From: Adineta vaga
Lineage: Eukaryota; Animalia; Rotifera
Reading direction: 5' to 3'
Assembly: GCA_021613535.1 (NCBI GenBank)
Contig: CP075493.1
Span: 6,262,001-6,326,000, forward strand
Length of the DNA stretch: 64,000 nucleotides
In this document: positions 39,915 through 52,261 of the stretch, piece after piece
How positions within the stretch are numbered: position 1 is the stretch's first letter
Layout: the number at the start of each line of letters is the position of its first letter
The notes under the pieces: model-generated
The model's database searches: none
Seen by the model: only the letters and a program-made list of their open reading frames with translations
Told to the model about the DNA's origin: nothing
Translations under genes and position numbers: made by a program

Positions 39915-41926
39915 TGTGGAATATGCTGAAGAAGCAGAGGTCGCCAGTTGATCCTTAAATTTACAAGAAGAAAATGATTATCAGTTGATAATTATATTAC
40001 AATTCCGTCGGTAATTGAAGCTAGTTGTAGTATAGAATTGCACATAACAGATGAAAGTCCTTATCTGAAATGGTTGCTACGATTAACAAATAGATATATT
40101 GCTACAAAACCATCTAAAGATGGCAGACTGATACAGATTTTCAAAAACGCTTCTTTTTATTCATTTTAAATATATCATCCATCGGATATGAACAGTACTG
40201 ATATTGTTGAAACACCAGGTTTTACATGAAATCAAACTGATTATTCCGAAAGGTAATCAGCAATCTGTATTATGATGTTAGGTAAGTTTTGTGATTTGAG
40301 TTTACTTTCAAAGCGTTTTTTTATTATACGATTCTCTTGTGATTAAAGAAAGCTTATGAATCAATTTTTTTAATCAGATATTAAAACAGTAGAGCATGCA
40401 ATTTAGAAAGCAGATAGAAGTGAAAACTTTTCATGGTCTTTCATTTTTCAAATCAATAAAGAAGAACTCGGATAAAGTTGTCAACTTCTCTATACTATCT
40501 CAATTACGAAAATTATCAAAATTCCGAGTTTATTTTACACTACTTTTTATATAAGATTTGAACTCATGAATATAACTCACATTCCTCATAGTTATTTCAT
40601 TTACATATAAATAGGATACATATTAATCTTATTCAAGCACTTGTAATATGATACGGTATAGGCAAATGTGAAAGTTTAAGTACATGCACCAATATAATCC
40701 AACAATTACACCAACTTACTTTTCTTATAAAAGAACACGAAAGCGACAACAAATGGATCTATCTTTGCAAATGTATATCATCGATAATCTTTTTGGTGAC
40801 ATTAAAGTTCTTAGTAATACATTCAATCAAATATATTTATACTTCATTTCGTATTGCTTATTATTCGTAAGTAAAATGTACCTTAATCAGTTATATAAAT
40901 TGTGTATTAATGTATTCGTGAAGTAATTGCTCTGTGTCCTCCATCAATTGGTGGAAAAAGTTTCATGCATCATTCAGCAGTACACGTCAATAACGACTGA
41001 AGGAAAAAAGTACATTAAACATACTGCTATGCAGAAGCAACTCAGAAGTACTTTTCTTCTAGACATAGAAATATAAATGTTGTGTATTTTAGGTTGTTTT
41101 CGTGTTTATCTGAATGGGTGTAAGCGTTTATTTAGTCTTCCAGTAAGATTATAGAAATAATAAATACCTTTTGCGATGTTTTTCATGTATGAAGATATAT
41201 ATTTGTATTTGAAAGCATCACCTATCAGGTTATGAATTTTCTATGACGGATGGGATGGTATTGGAGAGATTTGGTTTTTTTTCGATGCGTTAGGATAGTG
41301 TTTTCTTTTTGCCGTCAATAACATATCGACAGTGAGAAGAAACTATTTGACGCGTATCGATCATAGGAAAAGTAAAATCAAGTGTGACAAGCCGTATTTT
41401 TCAATGAAGAAAAAGGTGTAGATAATAATGTTTGATTGATGAGAATAAAAGCTATAATTTGGATTATTTTATCATATATACATATATATATAAGCTAAGC
41501 ATTCATGCGTGAACTATACAAAAGACGACTCATGCATCACTGCTCACAAACATAATATATATAAAGATACACACATTTAGCCGTTCGTTATTTGGTATTG
41601 TATATGAATTAGTTTAAGCTATATTCAAACGTCAAACAGTAAGTTCAGATTTCTATTTTTTTGTTTGGAATTACAGTATTTGTAAGTCACATGTATGCTA
41701 AGTTAATTAAATACAAAAAAAAGGTGAAAATATCAATTTTATTGTTGCATACACTCTGATATTGTGAGTAGTCCGTTTAGTAGGAAACATGTCGTTTTGA
41801 TGTGTTATTTACGAATGACGCGAAGCGTAAGGAATTACTTAAATTATTAACTGAAAAAGTGAATAGAATAGAAAAAGTCAGACCGAGTATACAGACGTAT
41901 TTTTTTGTTTTCTTTTGTTTTCTTAG

Positions 41927-44900
41927 ATGGAAGAAAAAACTTCGAACATGGAGGATAATATGATACCAGTGACTTTTGTTGACGAACCTTTATTGGTCGT
42001 TCTTGATGATGACGACGATGATGGTGGTTATGCTGATGATCATAATTTTGATCTTATATCAAAAAAATCTAATGAAATCGTATCAAAATCTGTTGAAGAA
42101 CAACAAATTGATTTAGTTGAAATATCTCCGAATGGTAATTTGATATTTTAGAAATTGAATAATTGAACTTCTATATTTTCTTTCAAGAATATTTAGAAAA
42201 ACAATCCGAAATATCAATAAAAAATGCAACTAAAAAACCGAAAATATTCTATCATTCTTCAAAATCTCCTCGTGTATTAGATCAATCAAATCAACTTTTG
42301 TCAACAACTAAAAATGAGAAAAAAAAATCACAAAATCAACGACGTATTAAAAATCGATCGAAAAATAAAGATGTCTCTTCGTCAACTCATCAACAAGATC
42401 CTTATGTTATGAATCATTCTACTGATTCAATATTCTCATTTATTTCATTTGAAAATACATCGAATGTACTCACCGTCTCTCGTATGGGCTCTATATATTA
42501 TTGTATTGAAGATCTCTATTTGAAAGTTTTCTCAACATTATGTACATTAGAAGAATTCATAGATTTATTACTTAAACCTGGAATAATTCATCTGATTCCA
42601 ATGACTTTATCAGAGAAAATATCTATTGAAGAGCTTTGTTCCAAATTAAAAGAATTTAATCGAACACGTTATCGTCTTGTAACTATTAATTCAACAGAAT
42701 ATTTAAGTAAATTAAAACGACTATTATCAATACATAGAAAGGGAAAATAATCGATGTAGTTATTGAAGAAATGCAAACATTCAAATGCTCATCAATATAC
42801 ATTAATCCAAACAATAAAGGTAAATATAGCAGCAAACAATTATATTCTAATGAAAATACGTTCTTTTTAGACTCATCACATTTATTGACTAATGATGAAA
42901 TACATCAACAAAATAATTATGGATTAGATGATTTAGTTGAAACAAATAAAACAATATCGCCAAAAACAGTCTCCGAAATAATTTTAGAAAATATCTCAAA
43001 ATATATAATGACAGACAAACAAATACAAGATATGCCGTATGTGTTTTTAACTAATTTAGAAACCTTTGACTAAAGAAAAAACTACAAATTCCTAATGATG
43101 TTCATTTTTATCTTGCTGGAAAACGATTGATAGTAAAGTAATGAAAAAATGTTTGAAAGTAATATTTGAAGTCTATTTTCTCTTCTATTGATCTTAGACA
43201 GTTTTTTTTGTGTACTATTTCGTCAAACTTTATTGTTTAGTAAAGGTCATTGTTCCCAAGACTGCTATATATATTTCTAATTTTGACAAGGTCATGTTTA
43301 CATAAGAATAAAATGTTCTCATATTAAGATTTCTTTCATGATGTTGACAAAACTGATTGAAATTCAAGTATTTGAAACTATCTCTAACTTCATATAAATT
43401 CGCGTAAATAAACTAATACTTATATAGATAAAATAAAGTTGTCGTATGTTTTAATATTTCTTATTTTCTATATTTAGTTCATTCGAATCTTCGCATGACA
43501 AAATAGAAAAGTGCTCCTCTCGTCGTCCTGTAAACATTCTATTTGAACAGCACACATCAGATTTATTGGATATCAATACCAAGAAAGTGTCTATTCATAA
43601 ACCCAAGCAAATTTCACGGCCTTCAACTAGCACATCGACTACAATGCAGACTAACGGTAATACCATGTTAGAATGTCAATCAAAAACAGTTACAACTAAA
43701 TCGATGGATCAAAATAATGGTAGTCATATAATGCCAATGATTATTGAAGTAGAGGAAAATGTTGATTTTACGAAAAAGAATGGTAATTTTACTGTACAAC
43801 ATGAATTTTAGATGGCTTTACTTGAGAGAAAGAGAGATTTTAAAATTTATTAGAGATACTACAATATGGTTTCATATAGAATGATTTGTCCGACGTATAC
43901 TCACTAGTTTTTATTTCAGTATTCTAACGAAATCGAAGGAAATAATCTTTCTAGAGTGTGAAGGCGATTACGATAAGAATACTGAACTCACTTATACTCT
44001 GTAGTGTGTATCACACATGAATAATATATTATTTCAGGATCGATCATGGTTCCTTCCAATTCTCAAGAAAGATCCTCATCTAACCAAATATCATCTCAAA
44101 ACACAATTACAAATGCGTATAAATCACCATTCAAATCCGTTTCTCATTCTCATTCACAATCACAGGATCCTACGCGTCAAACACAAATACAGTCATCGCG
44201 TCATATCCTTCCTCGTGATGAATTCCTTTCATCATATGAAAATTCTGAAGACGTATTTTGTACACATCAAACTACTGAATCAAAACACTTATCCTTACAA
44301 AACATGTCTGTTCCACAAAGTCAAAATACATCCATATCTAGTCAATCATCTACGTGTTGTTTACCTTCTTGTACTTGTCAACAAACTCCAAAAGGACCAT
44401 GTTTGAGAGAAAATTCCATCTTAAAATTACCGCCATCCATATCTACTCCTCATTATGAGAGAACAATCCTTTGTAGACAACATAAAACTCCTTCATGTTC
44501 AAAATGTACTTCAACCAAAGTAATTATATCTTCAAAACAACATCATATACGGTCAACTCCTTATCCGTTAATAAAAACCTATTTTGCTCCACTCAATACA
44601 ACTCAATCAGAAATGAATAAAAAAGAAAGTCATAGATCACGTCTTCATCAGCCAGCTCCCGTCCATAATTCTTCCACATTGATTAGTCCACCCAATACTC
44701 CTAATGGTTTAACACTAACAAAGATTCCAATGAGTGGTATTAATCTCAGTAAAGCTATAGCTCGATATGGATATTCCGATATAGATAAATTACCGAAACT
44801 TGTCGTACGATATAAGAAAATATATACATTTCAAACGATCGATGTTATGGGTCAATTATTTCCAACATGGTTTAATGAACCTGATTATCGTTGTGTACAT

Positions 44901-45264
44901 TGTTTTACTTGTGATCAAGTTTTTACGCCACAACAATTTATGACACATATCGATGATGAAAAACTAGCGAATAAACAACCAATAGATATCACATCCATTG
45001 AATTATTACCATCAGAAAAATTCTCAAAACATAAAGTTGAATTGTAAGTTTTAGAAGAAGAAAAAACAAACGAGAAATCAATCATCGATTCTTTTTTTAT
45101 TTCTTTAGATGGAATCAATTTTGTTTTAATTTAGCAATTCATTCCAAGTAAAGAAATCTTTTATTAGATAATTTCATAAAGAAAGGATTAAAATACAATT
45201 GAAATTCTTTTTCTCTTTCAGAACTGGTCAAATTGATGGCTTCATAAGATATGAAAATTTGTGA
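41927..45264 (+). CDS. Highly divergent Ski/Sno-like protein (N-terminal DHD-like region, C-terminal c-SKI SMAD4-binding/SAND-like domain)
   Basis: GQLFPTWFNEPDYRCVHCFTCDQVFTPQQFMTH resembles SKI GLLVPELY..CIQCLDC..F..H; middle exons uncertain. Confidence 0.55.
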
Positions 45265-45898
45265 AAGACTCCTGTTTGTAAAGTGAATATTTACAATCTT
45301 AAATGTCGTTAGTCATTCGTTTGCATGAATATATTCAAACAAAAAAAAAACAGACATTTTCATTGAACATAATTTATCTGTGATATAATTGTCATTTTAT
45401 TTGAAAAACAAAACTTTCGTTGTAATATTTGTAAAGAATTGTTTTTAGTAAAAGAAAAAAGAGTTACAAATCTGCTAGTACTTGTGCACAACGACTTGTC
45501 TGATACAGATTAAAATATCATTCGATATCAATTAGTTTCTTGTCTAATTTAGATTAAAATCTTTTCGTTTTCTATAATTCTATTCTATTTATACAAGAGA
45601 AAATGAATGAATCAAATATGTTAATCAACACATTATAAATCGATATTATTGTTGTCAAAGGTTAATCTTAGATATGTACATCAAGTCTTAGACTAACTTG
45701 ATATTTGATACAAGATGGCATGTATTGTTTATATGAGAGTATTTCTATTTATCGAATGTCAAATTATGAGAATTCTAAGGTCAAAGTCTTCGCTACGGTT
45801 ATATATATATATCTTAACATACGAATACGAGTTTGTATTTTTCATCAGTGTAGATTTATATCGAAATTTAAAAATGTACAAAAACGACACACTCTATA

Positions 45899-47257
45899 TT
45901 AGTTTTTTCTTGTGACAAAATTTGAACATTTGGACAGTTCATTTGTGGAAGATTTATCATCTTGTAATGTTGTAAATGCTTGAATTAATGTTAATTTATC
46001 TTGATGTAAGAGATAGATTTGTTGTTCAGCATCGGTGAGATTCTTGAGAGAAAAAAATTCGATTTACAGAAGAAGAAAAAAATAATTTACTCGAGTTGTA
46101 TTGTCAAGTTTACGTTGCAAATCATATATGAGAGAATCTTTTTCATGTAAAAGTGATTCAAGTGTACGAATATGTTCTTCAAGTTGACGACATTTGATCA
46201 TTGATGAATCATCATCATTTGTTTGCTGAGATAAATGAACAGAGTGAATGATAGAAATGAGAAGAGTAAAAGAATGTTTTAGAATACTTTTTCTATTCGA
46301 CGTACGAAAAATTCTTGTGGTCGAAACATCTTTGTTGCTGATGGTGGTGTTGGAGTTAGTAATAAGGATCTTGAGAAAATTATACATATTATAAAAGATA
46401 AAAGAATCTATTTTACCTGTACGTGATATAGACACGTTTTCTAAGGATGATCTATTGAGTAAAAGACACAAATCATAATTTGATCGTTTTGTAGTTCACT
46501 TTCTTACTGTATTCGGCTAACTGTAAACATTGGTTTTAAAGAAGATAACTAAAAGAATATTCATTAATAATATACAAAGACTTGAATTCTCATACATTTC
46601 GATTATGATCAAATGTATCATGGGACTCAGCAATGTATGTTGAATTATTTTCTTCTTCATCATTTTCGGCTTCATCTTCATTAGCAGAACCCTAAAAGAA
46701 AGATTAAATACAAATGTTATCTACAAAAACAACGATAATAACATTGAATGAAACATACGTTATCATTTTATTAAATAGTCAAACTATCATATGACTAGAA
46801 ATTAGTATTAGCATTCGGTAGAATAAAAGAAAAATCTTTTCTATACTATTTGAACTATCAAAATGACGTTAACATAGACAATATCTCTCAATCATCTGTA
46901 AAAACAATTGACAATTATTACTTAATGATATCAAGAGTTCGAGAAGTCATAAATGTCAAAGAACAAAATATAAAGTTCGTTTTCTTTTGAAAAGAAAAAA
47001 GATCCTTCATATACCTCTGTTGATGTACTCGCTAATGAAATATCATTTGGTCGAATACCAGTTGATCGACGTTTATCTCGTAAATTTCGTTTTATTCGTC
47101 GATTCATTTGTGTCATTGATTTGTTTGTTGTTGATGATTGTTTAACTATCGGTATTGTTGTCTCAGAAGAACGACTTGTTAGAATAAGATCATGATGAAA
47201 ACGGCGATCTGCAGTTGTTGGTATTTCATTTGTCGTTAGAAAAGCCGAGCGAGACAT
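45899..47257 (-). CDS. Small protein resembling the MYPT/PPP1R12 C-terminus (RRST motif plus leucine-zipper coiled coil)
   Basis: RRIKRNLRDKRRSTGI; terminal coiled coil QLEEHIRTLESLL..LHQDKLTLIQAFTTL. Confidence 0.5.
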
Positions 47258-48644
47258 CTAGAATCAATGAAAACAATGATAAAATGTATGTCGAATAACA
47301 TTATTTATCCTTCAGAGCTTGTCAATGTTCTAACAATAATAACAATCGTTCGATTTGTTCGAGAGAATGTTTGATCCATATGTGTGATGTGTTTATTTAT
47401 ATTCGAACTAGTTCTGTCTTTTGCGTATTTATCATGGACAAAATCAAGACATATTGTCTACACACGTTAGTTACCATCGATGTATTCATTGTTGATTACA
47501 GTTGTTAATAGCGTGGGTTAATCATAGAGAGAAAATAAAAAAAAGAAATTTCTCTGATATGGAATATTTATCATTCTATGATTCAAGGTTAATCATAAAA
47601 AAAAGGAGAAATTCTTCAAATATGTATATTTACAGTCAGAAAAGGTTACTATAGAGGACACAAAGAAAACATGACATGATATTTTTTATTTCTTCGGTAT
47701 ATTGACAATTTATTAGAAAGAAAAAACGTTTTTTACATTGTTGTCATTTTTCGATAAGTTATCGTAATAGTTTATCGATGAGTGGGTGTTCATGATAATA
47801 TAATAGAATATGGTAACAATAAAAGAAACTCAAATTAGAGATTCACGATGTTGGTAAGCACAGAGAAACAAAACCCCAAATCGTATTAGCTAGATGTTCT
47901 TGAACAAAATCGAAGAATTGTTTGTATATGAATGTAAAAAAAAGGGTATAAATTATTATTTAATATCATCTGCAGGTAATTGTAGACTTTCAATCGATTA
48001 GTTTTCGATACAATCTCTCGAATGACGAGTTATTAGTCTCGTCCGGATTTATTAAGATTATTATCTGAATAAGTCTATGAAAGTTATCATGCTTACATAA
48101 ACATCTGTACCATAAACGTACTCTTTGCCATATCGAGGAAAACCTCATCTTATAGAAATAACTCAAGAATAATTCTTCCATGAAGTTTTTTTTGACATAT
48201 CATGTACTCATAGACAAGATATCCTTGAAAAGAGACATATTTGATAACCAAGAACAGAAATTATTAATTTCTGTAGACCTTGTTAATGAAGCTCATGAAT
48301 GTTGTTAATATCCAAATATATAATTAGTTGATCAATGATTGATATTTCAAACGCTGATTCGTTGATCTGAAATAATCAAGTAAATATAGAACAAGCTATG
48401 TACTATTTTTAGCTGCCTGATTATTATTAAAAATAGATTAAATCCTAATGAGATCAGTGAAATATTTGAATCTATTTTTCTTTTTCATTAGAAAATGCTT
48501 AAAAATAAATTATGAACTGATGCATAAAAATCAACGTCAGTTGTCGTCGATGAAATTTGATAATTTGGTTTTCTTTTAGTCGAAGTTTCTGTACATTTCT
48601 CTTGTGTTGTATTTATTTAAATTAATTAAAAAAAAGAACATAGT

Positions 48645-49406
48645 TCATGATTTTAAGTTAATTTTAGGTAAAATAAATGGTCGGGATGCTGCTGTTTCTC
48701 GAGCTTTTTTACGATTAGCAGCATCTTGTTGAAGAATATTTGTATGACGATGAAAATCTTCATCCATTTTTTTCGCATCATAAACACCTTTGACGTTAGC
48801 AAGACGATTAATAATACATAGATTATCTTGATAGATAGGAATGTAACCTTTCAAAATTTTTCGACGATGATCAAGTACTTGTCGTTCACGTCGACGTTCT
48901 TGTTCAAGATACATCGTTGGATATGCACTTGGTTCACGAGCTATTTTAGCTAAGCGTTCTAATTTGATTCGATTTTCATGATAAATTCGATCATTTTCTT
49001 CTCTTTTAGCTATTTGACGATGATGCTGTTTCCATGTACGAACATTCATACGGTCAGGTGGTAAATATGAAAATGATTTTTGAGGTGAATTTGAACGTGT
49101 ACGTTGTTTCGAATGATTTGAAACTGGACTATGTTCTTTTGAATCACGATGACGATTGACTGGTGATGGTGGTCTTTGAACGACATTTTTCGAACGTTGT
49201 ATATGTTTTGAAGATGTGGATGAGTGGGATTGAGAACGAGTTAATTTTGGTGAATTCGATTGACTATTCGGATGATTGGATTGCTGTGATGTTGGTGTAT
49301 TCAATTGATTTTCTTCTTTTTGTTCACTTGAAATCTGCGAGGAACTATTTTCATTCTTAAAGATATTACTATTGTTGTTTGAATCTTGTTTTGAATCAAT
49401 CGACAT
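48645..49406 (-). CDS. CFAP97/KIAA1430-domain-like protein, intronless CDS
   Basis: Two repeats, RIYHENRIKLERLAKI and IYQDNLCIINRLANVKGVY..MDEDF, after a Ser-rich N-terminus. Confidence 0.6.
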   Translation of the reverse strand: MSIDSKQDSNNNSNIFKNENSSSQISSEQKEENQLNTPTSQQSNHPNSQSNSPKLTRSQSHSSTSSKHIQRSKNVVQRPPSPVNRHRDSKEHSPVSNHSKQRTRSNSPQKSFSYLPPDRMNVRTWKQHHRQIAKREENDRIYHENRIKLERLAKIAREPSAYPTMYLEQERRRERQVLDHRRKILKGYIPIYQDNLCIINRLANVKGVYDAKKMDEDFHRHTNILQQDAANRKKARETAASRPFILPKINLKS

Positions 49407-50260
49407 TATTTAATAAAAGAAATTTAATATGACACGATGGAGAAAATAAAAATTCCTTTTTCTTCTTCGTCTGTTTTTTACCTGTTGTATACAGCTTGTT
49501 TCAATATTTAAAGTGTCTCCCAACCATCTATGGTTATCAGCAGACAATAAGAGGCGAGAGAAGAGAAAAAAAAGACGAGTGATGAAAGAAAAAACTCTTT
49601 GTAAAGTTATACTAGACTTTGATGAAGAAGAGTAGAAATCGTGTAAAAGAAAAAAGAACGACATTGAAGAAAAAGATGAGCGGTAGCGTCGTATTTTTGA
49701 CGTGTATCGGTGTGTGTAAGAAAAAGTTGTTGGTTGGTTGGTATCTATGGCAGCGTTTCCGCTCGTAAACATCCAATGTTTTGCTTCTTTCGTTTAAAAT
49801 GAAATTTGAGCTTCCTTTTTTCATTATTAGACATCAAACAATTAAAATAATTAAAATAAGAAACAGATATACTAGCAATTTTTTGTTCGTGTTCTTCTTT
49901 TACTACTTTTACTCCTACTTCCAATGATGATACACTCGATTACCCATCAATATAAGAGACCTCGTGCAGCATACAATGAGCAAATTTGATTTTGTATGAT
50001 ATTATGAAGGTTTTTTTATCAGAAGATAGACGATGCACAATCGCTCTAACAAGGATATCCCATAATCGTTGACTCAATCTTTAGCTCATATGATGACTAA
50101 TCTGCCCATGTGTTCAATTACGTATGAGAGAAAAGTCAAGGATATCGAACATGAATGGGATGTTAAATGCGTATTTGATTCATATTATGACTGTATACGT
50201 ACAAGTTCAATGTCAATCATGGTTGAATGAGCAGGATGCTTTAATGACATAAAGTAGAGG

Positions 50261-50267
50261 TATATAA
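50261..50267 (+). promoter_or_regulatory. Candidate TATA box
   Basis: TATATAA about 80 nt upstream of the ATG at 50344. Confidence 0.35.
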
Positions 50268-50343
50268 CCAGACAGTTAAATCGATCAGAATACGAGTTAC
50301 GCTCATTTTATTATACATATCATTGACATTTATAACCAGAATC

Positions 50344-52064
50344 ATGGCCAATTTCGATGTTACTAAAGCAATATTTGCTCAAGCGGATGCCAATAATGAT
50401 GGAAGGTAGACGACTAGAAAAGAAAACTTCTCAACTATTTTCAATAACTATTTGAATCTTTCTAGAATTGATCGAAATGAATTTCAAAATTGGGCAACTG
50501 GCGGTTATACTGGTAATACTGGAGGAGGCTTAACCTCTTCCACATACGAATCATCTTCATTTCAATCGGCTAATGGTGGAATTGATGCAGCACAAATTCT
50601 TGCTGCTAGTGGTAACACTGGTTTAGCTGGACAATCATCAGCTAGTGGATATGAGGCATCATTTAGTTCACATAGTGGTATTGAAACTGCTGGTGGACAA
50701 TTGAATGGAAATGCAGCAACAGCATCAGCTTCATCCATTGAACTTGCTCAAAGTGGTAGTGGAACAATAGAATCCAGTAGTGCTCAACAAATTTCACAAT
50801 TTACTTCATCTGCTGGTCTTTATAATGATCCTAATCCACAAATTATTCGACGAGCAGCAGTTGGTGGTGCTGTTACTTATCAACAGAAGATTCTTGTTCG
50901 ATTTCTTCAACCACCAGCAGTACCACCACCAGGCGTAAGTAATATTTTTTAAATTTATGAAAAGAAATTTTTATATATCCTACTTTTTTTCTGATATTAT
51001 AGCCACTCATTATCAAAGAAGTGCGTCCACCTCAACCACCTCCACCACCACCCCTTGTTGTACGTCAACGTGCACCACCTATTCCTCAACCTCCACCACT
51101 TGTCTTACGTGAACGTCCACCAGCAGCACCGGCATCTGTGGCCAGTCAAACAAGTAAAAATATTTAATGTCTTTTGTTTCCTAATGAAATTAATTATCAA
51201 ATATTGTTTAGTTGTTCGTCATTTGGCTGCAGTAGCTGTACCACCACGATCAGTTATTATCGAACGTCTTCCAGCACTTCCACCTAAACCACGTAAGAAA
51301 TATATATCGTCTATGTTCTTTACTAATTATATAGTTTTCTTCTAGGTGATATTATTATCGAACGATGGATTCCATACGGCGCTATGGCTAAACGTCGTAC
51401 TATCGTTCAACGTGCTACTGCTGCTAAAGAATATCCAAAACCACGCAATATCATCATTCAATACGAAGCACCACAAGTTCGAATTGTTCGACAATTCGAA
51501 AGACTTGGTGTTACACAAGAAAATCCTCAAGCTTATATATCACGTTATGGTGCAACACTTTTGGAGTCTAGTGTACTCGTTCAACAAGCTCGTGCTGCAG
51601 GTGTTGTTGAAGATATTGTATGTAATCGAATTTTTCGTAAACAAAAATAAACAATACTTCTTCTTATCATTTTAGTCTCCTCCAGCAGGTGCTGCTTCAC
51701 TTTCGACGCAATTCAATGCGTCAGCTTCTAGTACGGATGCTGCATTTAATTATTTAAATTCATCATCCAACCAACAATTTTCATCATCAAGTGAAGGTGC
51801 AAATTTCGGAGGACTTCAAATTGCGGGTGATGGTCAAGCTAGTGCAAGTGGCATAGAACTTGCTAGCGGCGGTGCTGCTGCAGCTGGCGAAAGCTATTCA
51901 TCCGAATCATTTTCATCAACATCAGCAAGTTATGGTATTGAAGGAGCTACAAATGCTGGTACTGATATCGATCCTATCGCAGCTAGTTTCGCTGCTGCTG
52001 ATACGAACAGAGTGGTAGATTAGATCAAACTGAATTTCGACGATTTATACAAGGCGGTCTTTAA
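50344..52064 (+). CDS. Rotifer-type EF-hand / proline-rich repeat protein; C-terminal EF-hand frameshifted
   Basis: N-terminal EF-hand ADANNDG|RIDRNEF; core DPNPQIIRR..VRFLQPPAVPPPG|PLIIKEVRPPQPPPPPPLVVRQR..PPRSVIIERLP..DIIIERWIPY; in-frame TAG at 52021, EF-hand tail ends at 52064 in another frame. Confidence 0.85.
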
Positions 52065-52261
52065 ATAGAAACGTTCTATAAACATTTATTTCGTCGACAA
52101 TATTTTTTAGAACAGAACATGTTTTTTTTTATAAAAAATCGCTTTTTTTAATATATAAGAATAAATTACGTTTACAGTAGAGAGAGAGAGAAAAAAGCAA
52201 AACTGCACATTGTCATGTACATTAAAAAAAGATGGAAAAAAAAGAAAAGGTAATAAAGAAA

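Noticed and set aside
42741-42803. Apparent -1 ribosomal frameshift signal (G GGA AAA TAA plus a weak downstream stem) linking two ORFs
   Set aside because: A typical 53-nt phase-1 intron (42707 GTAAAT..ATGTAG 42759) joins the frames and removes the heptamer
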